Assembly (NCBI GenBank): GCA_964609495.1
Contig: CAZSTA010000002.1
Span: 1-52,146 of the forward strand
Source of the DNA: an uncultured bacterium
Lineage (GTDB): Bacteria; CAZSTA01
DNA: 52,146 nt
Direction: 5' to 3'
Shown here: positions 49,336 through 52,146 of the stretch, one piece after another
How positions within the stretch are numbered: position 1 is the first letter of the stretch
Layout of the letters: every line of letters begins with the position of its first letter
Notes under the pieces: generated by a model
What the model was told of the DNA's origin: nothing
What the model saw: the letters and a program-made list of their open reading frames with translations, nothing else
Databases searched by the model: none
Translations under genes and position numbers: made by a program

Positions 49336-49980
49336 TCACCCCTCCTTCTCAAACTTTGGCATCTTCTGCTTAGTAATATCCCAATACATCTTGACTCGAG
49401 AGGCGAATCCTTTCACGAGCCCCCTCTTCTCCTCTTTGATGACCTGGGTCATATCTTGCAGAGGGATCTCCTTAATATATGCTCCCACCTCTTTAGCTCG
49501 CTCAGTGAGAGCGATCTCTATACCGAAACCGCTATCATATAAGTTCTCAATCTCAGAGATAAGTTCTCTTCTGACAGCCCTCTGTCCCGAAAGAGAAGGA
49601 GCGATCTTAAAGGATAGATCAGTTACTGGTCTTCCTTTAATAAAGATTCCAACTGTCATATCAGCCTCACCTGAGAGGATCGGATTCAGAAGATCTTCGA
49701 TATGACGTGAAGTAAGGCCAATCAGATCTGCGTCTAAAAGGAGGATAGTATCAGCTTCAGTAGCCTCCACCCCGGTTTTGACCGCTCCTCCCTTTCCTAT
49801 ATTCTCCTCAAGTTCGATCACCTTTACCCCACATTCCCTAGCCAATTTAGCCGTGTTATCGGTTGAACCATCGCTTACTACTAATATCTCATCTATACTC
49901 TCGACTTGCTTCACTACTGATAAGACGGTAACGATAGTTTTTTCTTCGTTATAGGCGGGTATGATTGCTGTAACAGTCAT
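49336..49980 (-). CDS. Glycosyltransferase family 2
   Basis: IIPAYNEE, DGSTD, GKGGA, LDAD, LSGQRA; ATG 49980 after SD is more plausible than TTG 50136. Confidence 0.9.
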   Translation of the reverse strand: MTVTAIIPAYNEEKTIVTVLSVVKQVESIDEILVVSDGSTDNTAKLARECGVKVIELEENIGKGGAVKTGVEATEADTILLLDADLIGLTSRHIEDLLNPILSGEADMTVGIFIKGRPVTDLSFKIAPSLSGQRAVRRELISEIENLYDSGFGIEIALTERAKEVGAYIKEIPLQDMTQVIKEEKRGLVKGFASRVKMYWDITKQKMPKFEKEG

Positions 49981-50153
49981 CCTCTTAAAACCTCCTGAGG
50001 ATAATAAAATAATTATCCCTAAATAGCCAGTTATTTCGAGGTTAAAACATCTCCTATCCAATCTCCGGACCACATAAGATTCAAGTGCATACTTGAAAGA
50101 GGACACTATAAGATCGATAGTATCCTCTACTATCAAGATCGAGGATCACACTT

Positions 50154-51353
50154 TCATCTACTATCTATCATCTCTTTTACTCTATCTAGAATCCTCTCAG
50201 CCACCTCTCGCTTCGACATTATAGGTAGATTTTCCGTCTTTCCCCCTCTATAAATAAGAGTAACGATATTCGTATCGGAGCCAAAGCCCGCCCCCTCCCT
50301 CTTCAGATCATTAGCCACGATCATATCCAGATTCTTTCGCTCAAGCTTAATTCGAGCATTCTCAATTAGATCTTGCGTCTCCGCCGCGAATCCGATGAGT
50401 ATCTTATCCCCTTTATTCTTGCCTAATTCCGCGATGATATCGGGGATCCTCTCCAACTCTAATATAAACTTTTCCTCTTTTCTCTTTATCTTCTCCGAGA
50501 GGATCCTCTTTGGCCTATAATCAGCGACTGCCGCCGCCATTATAACTACCTCGACGGAAGGGAAGAGTTCAAGGAGAGATCTTCTCATATCATTAGCAGT
50601 TATAATCCGGACAATCTTCACCCCCGGAGGATCAGGGAGGTGAGTTGGAGCGCTCACTAGGATAACTTCAGCTCCCCTATCCCTAGCCGCTTCTGCCAAG
50701 GCGTAACCCATCTTGCCCGTGGAGTGATTAGCTATAAAGCGCACTGGATCTAGAGGCTCCTGTGTCCCTCCCGCGGTTACCAGAATCCGCCTTCCTTTAA
50801 AATCACTTCTCTTATTCAATATCTGCACAACCTTCTCAACTATCAACTCGACATCAGCGAGCTTACCTCGTCCCTCATCCCCACAAGCCAGCAAGCCATA
50901 GCCAGCCTCTATTATATAATACCCTATTTCCTTTAGAATTTCCATATTTTTTATATTTATAGGATGATCATACATATTAGTATTCATCGCTGGAGCTATC
51001 AACACTGGAGCTCTGGTAGCTAAGACAGTAGTAGATAGCATATCATCCGCTATTCCCGAAGCCAACTTACCGATGATATTGGCTGTGGCTGGAGCAATGA
51101 GTAATAGATCAGCTTTCTTAGCTAAGGAAATATGTTCGATCTCCCAATGTTCTGACTCGGCGAACATATCATGAGCAACCTGATTCTCAGAGAGAGTCTG
51201 TAAGGTAAGAGGCGAAATGAAATGAGTAGCCGCCTCGGTTATGATCACTTGAACATCGGCATTAAGTTTTTTTAAGCTGCGAATTATCTCCGCAGCCTTA
51301 TAAGCGGCTATACTTCCTGTTACCCCTAATACTATAGTCTTCCCCGATAACAT
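50154..51353 (-). CDS. coaBC: Bifunctional phosphopantothenoylcysteine decarboxylase/synthetase
   Basis: GSIAAYK, APATAN, PAMNTNM, LACGD, DPVRFIANHSTGKMG. Confidence 0.97.
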   Translation of the reverse strand: MLSGKTIVLGVTGSIAAYKAAEIIRSLKKLNADVQVIITEAATHFISPLTLQTLSENQVAHDMFAESEHWEIEHISLAKKADLLLIAPATANIIGKLASGIADDMLSTTVLATRAPVLIAPAMNTNMYDHPINIKNMEILKEIGYYIIEAGYGLLACGDEGRGKLADVELIVEKVVQILNKRSDFKGRRILVTAGGTQEPLDPVRFIANHSTGKMGYALAEAARDRGAEVILVSAPTHLPDPPGVKIVRIITANDMRRSLLELFPSVEVVIMAAAVADYRPKRILSEKIKRKEEKFILELERIPDIIAELGKNKGDKILIGFAAETQDLIENARIKLERKNLDMIVANDLKREGAGFGSDTNIVTLIYRGGKTENLPIMSKREVAERILDRVKEMIDSR

Positions 51354-51403
51354 TTATGGACTCCAAGTCATATCATAATATCTAAAGTGTCATTACTTAA
51401 CTT

Positions 51404-51432
51404 ATTATACCATTTTCCCGTCTCTTTGTCGA
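51404..51432 (-). promoter_or_regulatory. Sigma70 promoter of coaBC
   Basis: TCGACA-17-TATAAT with extended TG. Confidence 0.6.
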
Positions 51433-51557
51433 TAGGTAAATTCCATTTTTAGAGCATAAAAAAATTGATAAAAAAAGTATAATTTGGTATAATTTAATTA
51501 AGTTTTTGTATGAAGTAGGAAGCAAGATTATCAACTTAATTAAAGGAGAGTGTTATT

Positions 51558-52146
51558 ATGTTGAGAAGAGCTTTAGTTGTATTAATTGCCGTATCCTTAC
51601 TTCTAACCCTGAGTGTTATGAGCGAAGAGGCTATTGCTCAAGGGAGATTAGAGAAGAAGCCTGAGGTTCCTCAGGAGAAGATGACCACTTATACAGATGA
51701 AAAGAACGGCTTCTCGATCTCCTATCCCGAGGGCTGGGAGATAGGAACACCGGAGTATGCTATCTTATTGGTAATGGATAAAAAGGGGACAGAATTAGTG
51801 ATCTCCAGAGATGAAGTAGACCCAGGCACCTTTGTCCAAGATTACACCTCTATGATCGGAGATTGGCTGGAGGAGAATATGGATGATTATCAAGAGCTAG
51901 TGCTGGAGAAGGCGGCTGTCGCAGGGACAGGCGCAATGATGAGGATATACACCTATAGCTATACCGACGAAGAAGGTAAGAGCTATACCATTAAGGCTAT
52001 GGAGGCTTATGTATTGAAGGATAACTTCGGCTTCTCCATTGTTTGCGATACTTATGAGGACCTCTATGAGGAGAAAGAACCTCTCTTTGAGGGGGTAATA
52101 GAGAGCTTCAAGTTCACAACTCCTGCTGTTGTTTCGGAAGGATTGC
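51558..52146 (+). CDS. Secreted PsbP/DUF1795-like protein, truncated by the window end
   Basis: SD AAAGGAG; signal peptide MLRRALVVLIAV...; YTDEKNGFSISYPEGW...FEGVIESFKF; frame open to the end. Confidence 0.75.
   Translation, partial: MLRRALVVLIAVSLLLTLSVMSEEAIAQGRLEKKPEVPQEKMTTYTDEKNGFSISYPEGWEIGTPEYAILLVMDKKGTELVISRDEVDPGTFVQDYTSMIGDWLEENMDDYQELVLEKAAVAGTGAMMRIYTYSYTDEEGKSYTIKAMEAYVLKDNFGFSIVCDTYEDLYEEKEPLFEGVIESFKFTTPAVVSEGL

Noticed and set aside
49981-50136. Long N-terminal extensions in the ORF track (GT2; also 16284, 18439, 29469, 31134, 33255, 35880)
   Set aside because: Downstream starts match family N-termini and mostly have better SDs

Overview
Bacterial chromosomal window from an anaerobic, probably diderm heterotroph. 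The diderm call rests on an outer-membrane beta-barrel ending in Phe and on solute-binding proteins that lack a lipobox. It also has Firmicutes-like strong SD sites, near-consensus sigma70 promoters and a large Alu-type SRP RNA. I cannot assign a taxon from sequence alone. Left half (1-27 kb) is accessory and catabolic: a Cys-nucleophile alpha/beta hydrolase, URO-D family protein, MFS, a 1347-aa SprA-like beta-barrel with three CBM-like inserts, GH32, CoA-disulfide reductase-rhodanese, an APH kinase, three sugar ABC clusters without ATPase, an orphan OppD/OppF pair and several gene remnants. The middle holds an expanded MglA GTPase module (MglA, MglB, two more roadblock proteins, DUF4388) and porGDAB. 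The right half is the conserved serS-tRNAs-tadA-ffs-dnaX-ybaB-recR block interrupted by an orphan DNA methyltransferase, an MFS gene and a MITE, followed by a C45 peptidase, GH36, rnr, GT2 and coaBC. Best leads: (1) a ~200-bp MITE family with TIRs, a 9-bp TSD and REP-like cargo, found twice 15-17 bp upstream of sigma70 -35 boxes; (2) a compact SprA-like translocon with carbohydrate-binding-like repeats; (3) a SerRS with changes at three normally invariant active-site positions, in an apparent operon with a C45 enzyme and an MFS; (4) the multi-roadblock MglA operon with a structured leader; (5) an unidentified promoter-RNA-terminator leader ahead of an ABC operon.
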